In this document: positions 37,060 through 48,062 of the stretch, piece by piece | Numbering within the stretch: position 1 is the first letter of the stretch | Layout of the letters: each line of letters opens with the position of its first letter | Source: Prorocentrum cordatum | Taxonomy: Eukaryota | Direction: 5' to 3' | NCBI GenBank assembly: GCA_963575745.1 | Contig: CAUYUJ010000217.1 | Coordinates: 1 to 64,000, forward strand | Length of the DNA stretch: 64,000 bases | Position numbers and translations under genes: made by a program | Notes under the pieces: generated by a model | Database searches by the model: none | What the model saw: only the letters and a program-made list of their open reading frames with translations | Told to the model about the DNA's origin: nothing

Positions 37060-38962
37060 AACGGGCCGCGAAACGTGTGAGGGGTGTGCCTAAATCAGCA
37101 ATGGGTACGCATGTGAGCCCTGGCTGCTGGGGCGTCCGGTAAAGATGGAGCTCCCCATGTGGCCACGAAACGTGTGAGGGGTGTGCCAGAATCAGTGGCG
37201 GGGACGCATGTGAGCCCTGCCTGCTGGGTCGTTCGGCGGAGATGGAGCTCCCCGTGTGGCCACGAAACGTGTGAGGGGTGTGCCAGAATCAGTGGCGGGG
37301 ACGCATGTGAGCTCTGCCTGCTGGGGCATTCGGTGGAGATGGAGCTCCCCATGTGGCCACGAAACGTGTGAGGGGTGTGCCAGAATCAGTGGCGGGGACG
37401 CATGTGAGCTCTGCATACTGGGGCGTTCGGCGGAAATGGAGCTCCCCGTGTGGCCATGAAACGTGTGAGGGGTGTGCCGAAGTGAGAGGCGGGAACGCAT
37501 GCGAACGCTGTCACTGGGGCCATCGGTGATGGAGCTACGAAACGTGTGAGGGGTGTGTTCCGACACGTTTCTGAGGTGAGCCGAAGTGAGAGGCGGGAAC
37601 TCATGCGAACGCTGCCACTGGGGCCTTCGGCGGAGCTCCCTGTGGGGCCCCGAAGCGCGTGAGGGGTTTGCCGGAATGGGAGGCGGGAGCTCAAGCGAAC
37701 GCCGCGATTGCGGCGATTGGGACCTTCGGTGGAGCTCCCTATGGGGGTACGAAGCGTGAGCTGTGTGTGTGAGTGTGTGTGAGTGTATGTGAGTGTGTGT
37801 GTGAGTGTGAGAGTGTGTGAGTGTGTGTTGTGTGTTGTGTGTTGTGTGTTGTGTGTTGTGTGTGTGTGTTGTGTGCTGTGTGTGTTGTGTGTGTGTGTTG
37901 TGTGTTGTGTGTGTGTTGTGTGTGTTGTGTGTTGTGTGTGTGTTGTGTGTTGTGTGTGCTGTGTGTGTTGTGTCTGTTGTGTGTGTTGTGTGTTGTGTGT
38001 GTTGTGTGTGTGTTGTGTGTGTTGTGTGTACGTGTGTAAGTGTGTAAGTGTGTAAGTGTGTAAGTGTGTAAGTGTGTAAGTGTGTAGGTGTGTAGGTGTG
38101 TAAGTGTGTAAGCGTGTAAGTGTGTAAGTGTGAAAGTGTGTACGTGTGTAAGTGTGTAATTGTGTGTCAGTGTGTGTAAGTGTGTGTAAGTGTGTGTAAG
38201 TGTGTGTGTAAGTGTGTGTAAGTGTTTGTGTAAGCGTGTGTGTGTGTGCATAAGTGTGTGTATGTGTGTAAGTGTGTGTAACTGTGTGTAAGTGTGTGTG
38301 TGTGTGCGTGTGCGTGTGTGTGTGTGTGTGTGCGTGTGTGCGTGTGTGCGTGCGTGCGTGCGTGCGTGCGTGTGTGCGTGTGCGTGTGCGTGTGTGCGCG
38401 TGTGCGCGTGTGCGCGTGTGCGCGTGTGCGCGTGTGCGCGTGTGCGCGTGTGCGCGTGTGCGCGTGTGCGCGTGTGCGCGTGTGCGCGTGTGCGCGTGTG
38501 CGCGTGTGCGCGTGTGCGTGTGCGTGTGCGTGTGCGCGTGCGTGTGCGTGTGCGTGTGCGTGTGCGTGTGCGTGTGCGTGTGCGTGTGCGTGTGCGTGTG
38601 CGTGTGCGAGTGCGTGCGAGTGCGTGTGCGCGTGTGTGCGTGTGTGTGTGTGTGGTGTGCGTGTGCGTGTGCGTGTGCGTGTGCGTGTGGCGTGTGCGTG
38701 TGCGTGTGCGTGTGCGTGTGCGTGTGCGTGTGCGTGTGCGTGTGCGTGTGTGCGTGTGTGTGCGTGTGCGTGTGCGTGCGTGTGTGTGTGTGTGTGCGTG
38801 TGTGTGCGTGTGCGTGTGCGTGTGCTGTGTGCGTGTGCGTGTGTGTGCGTGTGCGTGTGTGCGCGTGCGTGCGCGTGCGCGTGTGCGTGTGCGTGTGCGT
38901 GTGCGTGTGCGTGTGCGTGTGCGTGTGTGCGTGTGTGTGTGCTGTGTGTGTGTGTGTGTGTG

Positions 38963-38995
<33 letters not shown>

Positions 38996-39740
38996 CGTGT
39001 GCGTGTGCGTGTGCGTGTGCGTGTGCGTGTGCGTGTGCGTGTGCGTGCGCGTGCGCGTGCGCGTGCGCGTGCGCGTGCGCGTGCGCTGGTGTGGGTGTGG
39101 GTGTGGGTGTGTGGGTGTGGGTGTGGGTGTGTATGTGTGTGTGTGCGTGTGTCTCCGAATCGGATGCGGAAGCTCATGCGAACGCTGCCATGGGGGCCGT
39201 CGGTGGAGCCCCCTGTGGGGCCACGAAACGTGTGAGGGGTGTGCCGAAGTGAGATTCGGGAACTCACGCGAACGCTGTCACTGGGGCATTCGGTGATGGG
39301 GCCACGAAGCGTGTGAGGGGTGTGTTCCGAAACGAGAGGCGGCAACTCATGCGAACGCTGCCACTGGGGCCTTCGGAGGAGCTCCTTGTGGAGCTACGAG
39401 ACGTGTGTGTGTGTGTGTGTGAGTGAGTGAGTGAGTGAGTGAGTGAGTGAGTGTGTGGGAAGCCGAAATGAGAGGCGGGAGCTCATGCGAACGCTGCCAT
39501 TGGGGCCGTCGGTGGAGCCTCCTGTAGGGCCAGGAAACGTGTGAGGGATGCGCCGAAATGAGAGGCGAGAGCTCATTCGAACGCTGCCACTGGTGCGTTC
39601 GGTGGAGCTCCTTGTGGGTGTGCCGATGGGAGGCGGTAACTCATGCGAACGTTGCCATTGGGGCACTTCGGTGGAGCTCCATGTAGGGCCACGAAACGTG
39701 TGATGTGTGCCGAAATGAGAGGCGGGAGCTCATACGAACG
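37060..39740. repeat. ~100-120-bp minisatellite (CCACGAAACGTGTGAGGGGTGTGCC core) split by a 1.4-kb (TG)/(TGTAAGTG)/(CGTGTG) microsatellite at ~37760-39150
   Basis: Direct reading of tandem units on both sides. Confidence 0.9.
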
Positions 39741-40852
39741 TTGAGGAGGGAGGAGGGGGAGGGGAGAAGGAGAAGGAGAAGGAGAAGGAGGAGGAGGAGG
39801 AGGAACAGGAACAGGAACAGGAGGAGGAGGAGGAGGAGGAGGAGGTGTGGGAAGAGGAGGAGGAGGTGGTGGAGGAGGGGGGAGGGGAGGAGGACGATGT
39901 GTCCACGACGATGAGGAGGGAGGATAAGGGAGGAGGAGGACGAGGAAAAGAGGAGAGGAGAAGAGGAGAGGAACGCGGGGCGCTGCTGATTCAAAACGAG
40001 GACCCAACGCCACAGGACGGTTGGGAAACACTGTCATCAATTGGTTTTGCCTTCAGGGGCCCTCTTGAGGGTCATCTTGGGGCCCTCTAGCGGCGTCCGG
40101 GGCCGTCGTGAGGCCATTTTGTGTATGCTTGAAGCCTCTCTGGCGTGTTGGAGCCCTTCCGGAGCCACACTGCAAGGCAAGTGGGGTATCTTGACGACCA
40201 TGGAGGGTGGATCTGGAGGCCGCGAGGGCCCTGGAAGTGCGTTGACGAGCTCGTCCCCCTCGCTTCTCTTGGATTTGGGACTCCGAGGGAGTGGAGTGGA
40301 ATGGGGGGAGGGGGGCCGCCAAATGTCACCCCTGGCAAGCGGGGGTCCGCGGATTGCACCGAGCAGATTGCACCGCAGATATTGCACCACTCGGACTGCG
40401 CCAGATTGCCCCCCACCGCATTGATGCCGTCGCGTACAATGTACATGGCTGACTCCGACTGCACCCACACAACGTGCGTTCCGTATTTGGCACGGCATAG
40501 TTTGCAGCTTTGCACCGCCCATGGTACACCGCATAACGTGCGCCGCATTGTTTGCAGCATAGACAGATGACACCACATACCCTGAACATCAAAAGAGCAG
40601 GAGCCTGCTGTCTGGGGCTCACGCTGACTACCGTATACGAAGTAGGAACAAGGATAGGCTGAGGAAGGGAAGGGAAGGAACATGGCGCGGACCTCCTCCT
40701 CCTTCTCCTTCCTCCTCCCCTTCCCCCACGCGCTTTCACTGCGTTCTGCCACTTGGAGACCCCCGCGTGGGCGAAGGATGTTCCCAGAGCGCTGGTCCTC
40801 GAGCTTCGATCCTCGGTGCCCCGGCTCCCGTGCTCCACTCTTCCTTTGTTGA

Positions 40853-41049
40853 GTCGGCGGCGAGTGAGGGGGGGTGAAGTGAGAAGGAGAAGGCCCTCTC
40901 AGAAGACGGCGGGGCTTCTCAGAAGCCCTCGCGCCTTGTGAGAAGTTTTCGGTGTGCTCGGGGGAGACTTAGAACACTTCTCAGAAGGCCGGGGGACTTC
41001 CGAGCCTTCGGAGAAGGCCCGCCCCCTCTCACTTCCCCCTGGGCTCGCC
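40853..41049. mobile_element. CTTCTCAGAAG MITE, third copy
   Basis: Matches 1425-1624. Confidence 0.75.
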
Positions 41050-41428
41050 ACGGATTGAGAGGCGGGGAAAGTGAGGAGGGGGTGGGGAGGGCGAGGGAGG
41101 AGGGAAGGAGAAGGGGAGAGGCACTTGCTCGACGACGGCTTCGCGCTGGGCGTGCTCGGAACCGAACTGGCCGGCTCGGGGGTGGGGGCGCTATCGACCC
41201 CGAGACGTGCCAATTGCGCCACCGCAGTGAGGCAGCGTGAAGGTCAGAGTGGAAGATCCGACCCCCCAATCGAGGACCCCAGGAAGTCGAGGGGAGGAAG
41301 GATGCGAAAGGGGGCGAGAGCCCGCAAAGGCAAACAGCAGCAACGCCAAAGGCAAAGTGCGCTGGTGCCGGCCAGGGGAAGCGGTCCGCATGGAGGGAGG
41401 CCGGAGGGAGGTCGAGGGTGAGGAGGGC

Positions 41429-41459
<31 letters not shown>

Positions 41460-42718
41460 GGGGAGGACGAAGAGGAGGAGGAGGAGGAGGAGGAGAAGCA
41501 GGAGAAGCAGGAGAAGCAGGAGAAGCAGGAGAAGCAGGAGAAGGAGTAGGATTTGGAGGAGGAGCTGGAGGAGGAGGAGGAGGAGGAGGAGGAGGGCAAG
41601 GGGGAGGGACGAGGAGGAGGAGGAGGAGGAGGAGGAGGACGAGGAAAGCTTGGCTTAACTCGGTCTCGTGGCCTGTCAGGCTTCTGTCTCCCAGGCCGCT
41701 GTGTGCTTGGCCCGGCCTGCCAAGGGCAACTCCAGCAGTTGCACAGGTAGATAGGCGAGTTTGCCTTGCGGGGAGGAGGACGCTGAGGGGGCGGAGGCTG
41801 AGGAGGACGGAGGAGGAGCAGAGGTAGGAGGAGGAGGAGGAGAAGGAGGAGGAGCAGAGCCGGAGCCGGCGCCGCCCAGAACTAGCGATGGCGCAGGAAG
41901 AGGTTGAGGAGGAGGAGGAGGAGGCGGAGAACAAACCCTGAGGAAGCGCAACAGGAAGAGACTGAGCAGGGGAGAAGGTGCAGGGAGGAAGAGGAGGAGG
42001 AGAAGAGGAGGAGGAGGAGGAGGAGGAGGAGGCGGCGGCGGCGGCGGCGGCGGCGGCGGCCCTCGACCGAGCCGTGCGCCGGGCCCGGCGGCGCGTAGCC
42101 GCGCTCGCCGCCCACCCGCCGGGCCGGCCGCGCGGGGCCGCGCGGCGCGGGCGCCCGAGACGCCCCGGAGCCTCCCTCGGACTAGGGGGCTCCGGGGCCG
42201 TGCAGGAGGAGGAGAAGGAGGAGCAGGAGGAGGAGCAGGAGGAGGAGGAGGAGGAGGAGGAGGAGGAGGAGGAGGAGGGCGAGGAGCAGGAGGGGGAGGG
42301 GGAGGAGGAGGAGGGAGGAGGAGGAGGAGGAGGAGGAGCAGAAGGAGGAGGAGCAGAATGAGGAGGTAGTGGATGGGGGAGAAGAAGGACAATCCCGACG
42401 ACGACGAGGACGACGACGAGGACGATCACGACGACGACGACGATCACGATCACGACGACGATCACGACGACGAACACCCCGACGATCACGACGACGACGA
42501 CGATCACGACGACGACTATCACGACGACGACGGTCGCGACGACGACGATCACGACGACGACGACGACGACGACCGCGGCAGGAGTGCCGGGAGCTGGAGG
42601 ATGACTTCATGTGAGCCGCAGCGGCCGCCGCCGCCCGGCGCGGGCCGCCGGCAGTGGCGCGGCGCCCTCGCGTGGAACGAGGTCCCTTGCTGCTCCTCCT
42701 GTGCATCCCTTCCTCTTA

Positions 42719-42935
42719 TCAAGCAGTGGCGAAGCGTCCTGGCTCGCCTGTAGCCCTACCAAACAATGTTCTAATAACCTTTTGCTCTTAGAACATTTCT
42801 GGCTGGGACTGTTTTGTTCTAACGCATCGGGTTTATGTTCTAAGAACATTGTGCTTGTTATCAGAACATGTTTGGAAACTTAGAACACTTCGTGGTATGA
42901 CTATAGGAATGCCGGGACGGTCGGTCCCTGCTCAA
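42719..42935 (+). mobile_element. TGTTCTA/TAGAACA-rich non-autonomous element
   Basis: Homologous to 58920-59132; flanked by a ~23-bp direct repeat CTCCTGT(G/T)CATCCCTTCCTCTTA. Confidence 0.75.
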
Positions 42936-43726
42936 TCCTCCTGTTCATCCCTTCCTCTTAGCCAATATCACCACCCCCTCGCCTTCCGCCTCCCTCCCAT
43001 GATCTCCCTGTCCCCCCTCTGCGCCCTCGTCTTCCTGCCCCCCCCCCCCCCCCCCCCTTTCTCCCCTGGCGCCCCCTCCCCCTCCCTCCCTCCCCTGCTG
43101 CTCCCCCGCTCTGCCTTCTGGCCAATCTCACCCTCCGACCTCGGATGCCGGGGCGGCGGGTCTCGCCCGGGCGGCGCGGGTCGCGGGCAACCTCCCGCAC
43201 GGTGCCGGGGCTCGTTGATGACTGTGGATAGATCGGGGCCTAAGAAACGGGGGCCAGTGCAAGGGGGGGTCAGCCAGGGCGCCCGATCCTGCATGATCCT
43301 GCAGGGCCAGGGGCGCACTGACCGGGGCTTGGGCGCAGGCTCCTGCAGGATCCTGCAGGGCCTGACTGGCCCGGGTTTGCATTGACGCGGGTCGGTACGT
43401 CCCCGAATCGAGGCTCGGCCTCAGCTTCCTGCCTGTTTGAAAGATCCGGAGGGAAAAGCAAGCAGATGCAAATCAACGCTGATTTCCAGGAAAATTGGTT
43501 TGGGACATGGATGCGGGAGTCAGGAAAATCCAGAACATGTGTAAACAAGTAGTGGGAGTCTGGGAGTTGTGTCTCCCTGAACCCCTTGGCCGCGGCATCG
43601 GGCAGTCGTGCTCCTGGCATCGCTCGGACCTGTGCCCTCTCCCCCGGCGAGGATCGTCGAGGAGCAGCTCGGCTCACCCTGCGAGACAGGCGCGCACGGA
43701 ACCGCCAAGCGCACGGGCCATGGACC

Positions 43727-43845
43727 CTACCCCTGCCCCCCACGGTTTCTGAGGGGGAGGCTGGGGTTCACTCCGCTCGGGAGCTCCCGAACGAGGTGAA
43801 CCCCACCCTCCCCCTCCGAAATCGTGGGGGGCAGGGGCTGGGGTT
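43727..43845. repeat. Fold-back inverted repeat (~118 bp)
   Basis: CCCTGCCCCCCACGGTTTCTGAGGGGGAGG...GGGGTTCAC / GTGAACCCC...CCTCCCCCTCCGAAATCGTGGGGGGCAGGG. Confidence 0.8.
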
Positions 43846-45748
43846 CGCACGTGCCCCCCTGACTGCGAGGCCCTCGCGCATCTCTTCGACGGGGTGCCCG
43901 GGGCCGCCGGGGCCCCGCCCGGCGGGCGCCGCGTGGGCGCCTCGTGCTCTGCCCAACGGCCCGTGGCTGCCTGCGGGCTCCGTGTGCACGAGCAGGGGCA
44001 GCGAGCGGGAGGGGGCGGGAGAGCTTCGCAGGCCTAAGAGGTTGACACCAACACCAATTTCGGCGCTGTGCCTCCACCGAGGGAAGCAAGGTCCCGATCT
44101 CGGTGAGCGTAGCCCCTGCATAGCATAGCCCCTCTTGTTCCTGCCCACCCGTCCGCCGCACAGTGGCCTGATCTTAGCTAAGTTTGTCTCGCTCGGAGGC
44201 GTGCGCTCTGCTCCGTACCATTTTGGCCAGGTGCCTCGTTGGTGGTGCTTCGAGGCCGTGTAACGCGGTCGTGCCGCCCTCAGGGCAGCGCGGGGGCAAA
44301 CACTTCAGAGGAGGCTGGCGTAGCTTTGGGAGAGGCGGGGTAAACAAAAAAAACAAAAAAAAACGATCCCGATCTCGGTGATGGTGGTAATATTCTGGCT
44401 TCCAGGGTGGCCGAAATATTACCACCAGCACCGAAATCTAGGATCATCTTCCCTATGTGGAGGCAACCCCCTGTGTTGGTGTTGGTGTCAATTTCCAGGC
44501 CTCCAAGATCTGCTGGCACGGGAGAGCAGCATCTGCAACGGCTACGGTAGTCAGACGTAGAGGAGAAAGGGGAGGCGAGTACAACATACATATAGATGAG
44601 AGGATGGGGCAGAAAGGTAATGGGCGGGGAACTTGTGAGGGTCACGGGACAGGGACAGATGACGAGAAGGGGTTGGGGATGCGAGGAAGAAGGGTTGGGA
44701 GAGGAGAGGAGGGAAAATGAGGGGAGTGCAGAGGAGCGGTGAGAAGGGGCAGGACGGGAGTGAAGATGAGATGAGAAATGATTAGAGAGGAAAGCGGGGA
44801 GATGATAGAGGAGGCTGGACCGAAGCAGCCTGGGAGGGCTGAGGAGATGATAGAGGGTAGGGTAGGAGAACGGAGAGATTGATATGATATCACATCAGAG
44901 GAGTACAGGGGGGAGCAGAGGACATGAGGAGACAGAGGAGGAGGAGGAGCAGGAGGAGGAGGTGAGATAATCTGAGAGTCAGGGAGAGGGGGGTGCGAAG
45001 GGGACTGCCGCAGAGAAAAGTGGAGAGAGAGAGAGAGAGAGAGAACAGACATGAGAGGATAAGGAAATGGAGGACGCGGAGGACTTAAGAACAGCGCAGC
45101 AATAGTATTGCATATGTGTTTGCAAACATATTTGTTAACGCCCACACACACACACATGTCGATCATATATGTGTATATATGTATGTGTACACATACGTGT
45201 ACACGTGTGTCTGCGCACATAGATCGTATAACAGGGAGCGTAGCAACAAGCCATCGGCATGGTAACGAACATGACATCTACTCTAGAGTTGCACACACAG
45301 TAGGAGCATATAAGTCATTCGATTTAGAACGGTGGACCGGTGAACTCCTTATTGACGTTCCTCCTCTTTTAGTTCCGCCTTCGCGCCTTCAATTCCACGC
45401 CTGTTGTAGTTGACACTGGTAGATCACACTGAGGGTGCTGAGCGATCTAACGTTGTCTCTGAGTGCGTAGCTGAAGTGGGATTCCGTGGTGCGTATTGTC
45501 GCTGTTGTTCTTGAATTCCCACCTCTGAAGAAGAATTACTGTTGATTCCCCCACTGTTGCCCATTTCTTCGTCATCCCCATCGTCATCGCCATGGTCGTT
45601 GTTGTCGCCCTCGTCGTCATCGCCACCACCATCACCCATTATCCTCATCATCGTCGTCGCCGTCATTGCCGTCGTCATCGTCACTCGTCCGCCCGAGTTC
45701 TAGATCTGCATCAGAAGGTCTTGCGCGTCCCTGCATCCTCTGGTGTGC

Positions 45749-45770
45749 TCCGTGGCCATTCGGGCTCAAG
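45749..45770 (+). other. Relic dinoflagellate spliced leader
   Basis: TCCGTGGCCATTCGGGCTCAAG vs DinoSL DCCGTAGCCATTTTGGCTCAAG, 19/22 identical. Confidence 0.8.
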
Positions 45771-45920
45771 CTGCCTTCTGCAGCGGCTCCTCGGGGGCCG
45801 CGCGTGCCTCGCGCGCGGGGGCGGGGGCTGGTGCGTGCCCCGGGCACGCTGCCGCGCCCCCCTCGCGGCGCGCTGCGCCCGCTCGTGGCGTGGCGGCGGC
45901 CTGTGGCGCAGCCGCCGCCC

Positions 45921-47366
45921 ATGCTGCCGGCCCTGCCGCTCCGCGCGGCGAGCGCCGGCTGCTCCCTCGGGCGGCGCAGCCGCAGCCGGGCGCTGCCGGC
46001 CCGCCGCCCCGGCGCCGCCGAGGTTGCCGGCGCGCGGCGGCGCGGCCCCGCCGGCCGCCGCGCGGCGGCTTCCAGCGCGCTGGGGCTGGCGGCGGGCGCG
46101 GCGGGGGCCGCGCTGCGCGGCGGAGCGCCCCGTCGCGCGCGGGGCGGCGAGGAGGCCATGCTGCCCGCGCGCGACCGCTGGGTCGCCGAGGTGGACGCGG
46201 AGGCCTTCGCGGAGGAGGTGCACGCGCTGGGGCGGCGGCTGCTGGCCGAGGAGAGGGACGCCGGAGAGGCGCACCTGGAGCACCTGCACCTGGTGGTCCT
46301 CTGCAGCGACCTGCTGGGGCTCGCGGGGCTGGGCTCCATGTGGCTGGCGCCGAATCCCCTCACGGTCTTGGCCATCGGCTTCTGGACCCACACGCGCTTC
46401 ACCATGGTCGGCCACCATTCCCTCCACGGCGGGCACAATCGCATAGACCCCTCGGGGCGCTACCACCGCAGCGAGTTTGGCAGCGGGAGCCTCATGAGGC
46501 GAGTTGGGGACTGGTTCGACTGGTTCCTGCCTGAAGCGTGGGGCTGCGAGCACGACCTCCACCACTTCCACCTGGGGGAGGACAAGGACCCGGATGTCAT
46601 CCCGAACGTCACTCGCCTCTGGGAGGGCCGCCCCAAGAAATACGTCATGACCTTTCTGACGCTGCTCATCTGGAAGTGGGGGTACATCGGGCCCCAGACG
46701 TACAAGGAGCTCAAGGTCAGGGAGTGGCTGAAGAGCGGGCGGGATCTGCCGCACGGTTTCGACCGTGGCAGGCCCATGACGTTGCTGGAGGCGTTCCGGA
46801 AGGAGGGCGCGAACGTGTTCTCGGTTTGGGAGTATCTCGGCATCGTCATGCTCCCGTACCTGGTGCTGCGCTTCGTGGTGTTGCCTGCGCCCTTGGTCCT
46901 CATCGACCCGTCCTGGACCCTCTTCTGGAACGCGGAGTGGAACCTCGTGCTCGCCGACGTGCTGGCCAACTTCCTGCTCTACGCATGCGTGGCGACGAAC
47001 CACTGTGGGGAGGACATGTACCGCTTCCGGGACCCGTGCAAGCCGTTCTCGCCCACGTTCTACCTGCGCGCGGTCTGCGGCTCCGCCAACTTTGACCACG
47101 GCGGTTTCGGCGTCGACTTCCTGCACGGCTGGACCAACCACCAGATAGAGCACCACTGCTGGCCGCACCTGTCCATGCTCTCGCTGAGCCGCGGGCAGCC
47201 CGAGCTGAGGGACATCTGCGCGAGGCACGGGGTCCCCTACGTGCAGGAGAGCGTGGCGATCCGACTCTGGAAGACCGTCCAGGTGATGATCGGCAACACC
47301 AGCCAGCCCTGGTTCCCCGCTGCGTGGGAGCGCAGGTGCGACCTGTGCGCAGGCACCGACAACTAA
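45921..47366 (+). CDS. Membrane fatty-acid desaturase (Delta6-FADS-like, no cytochrome b5 domain), intronless
   Basis: Three His boxes HHSLH, HDLHH and QIEHH; hydrophobic segments; Ala/Arg-rich N-terminal extension. Start codon is uncertain. Confidence 0.9.
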   Translation: MLPALPLRAASAGCSLGRRSRSRALPARRPGAAEVAGARRRGPAGRRAAASSALGLAAGAAGAALRGGAPRRARGGEEAMLPARDRWVAEVDAEAFAEEVHALGRRLLAEERDAGEAHLEHLHLVVLCSDLLGLAGLGSMWLAPNPLTVLAIGFWTHTRFTMVGHHSLHGGHNRIDPSGRYHRSEFGSGSLMRRVGDWFDWFLPEAWGCEHDLHHFHLGEDKDPDVIPNVTRLWEGRPKKYVMTFLTLLIWKWGYIGPQTYKELKVREWLKSGRDLPHGFDRGRPMTLLEAFRKEGANVFSVWEYLGIVMLPYLVLRFVVLPAPLVLIDPSWTLFWNAEWNLVLADVLANFLLYACVATNHCGEDMYRFRDPCKPFSPTFYLRAVCGSANFDHGGFGVDFLHGWTNHQIEHHCWPHLSMLSLSRGQPELRDICARHGVPYVQESVAIRLWKTVQVMIGNTSQPWFPAAWERRCDLCAGTDN

Positions 47367-47871
47367 CCCCATGCCCCCGAAAATCCTCCTCCTCCTCCTG
47401 TTCTCCTTTCCTCCTCCTCCTCCTCCTCCACACTGCCCTGGACTGGTTGCAGGTATTTAGTCGCAGCGATTATCTATATGTAGGTTCTCGTGGTCTTTGG
47501 CCCAGCGCTTCCGGCAAAGCTGAGCTGGCCAGGAGACAGGAATTACATTTTTGTCCACCACCCGCCTAATCGTGATATCTAGAACTCCAGAGCTCTTCTA
47601 TCTCCTTCTCGTCGCTGTCGGCGTCGTTGCAGTGCACCTTCTCCCTCAGCCGCCTTGTCGGCGCCGGTGTTTTTTTTTTGCTACCAGCGAAGTGCCTCAC
47701 TTCAAAGTCTTCCGCCCGTGACGTCGAGCGCCGCTTCCTGCCGGGCAGCCCCGCGCGTGCGCTGTTCGCCCGCGCGAGCGGCCGGCTGGTGGTGGCGGTT
47801 AGCCACCACGATGACGACAGCCGCTTTGATGACGATGAGCCGCCACGAGATGTTGATATTCGTCCCTGTTT

Positions 47872-48062
47872 AGAAGAGAAAAACGGCATCAACATAAACT
47901 TTTGGCGCACCGCGCGGATTTCTTGGATCCGCGCTGGGCCCCCCAGCGGCGCCTCCGGCGCCGCCCCTGGTGCGTTCCGCGCGCCAGGGACGGGGGTCCA
48001 GCGCAGGTCCCAGAAATCCGCGCAGAGCGCCAAAAGTTTATGTTGATGCCGTTTTTTTCTTG
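47872..48062. mobile_element. MITE with ~45-bp TIRs
   Basis: AAAAACGGCATCAACATAAACTTTTGGCGC / GCGCCAAAAGTTTATGTTGATGCCGTTTTT; interior related to ~2280-2395 and ~33915-34200. Confidence 0.8.

Noticed and set aside
37060..37760. CRISPR-like periodic repeats
   Set aside because: Whole units are similar along their length, so this is a minisatellite with no unique spacers.
45711..47372. 553-aa antisense ORF over the desaturase
   Set aside because: Shadow ORF caused by GC3-rich codon usage.
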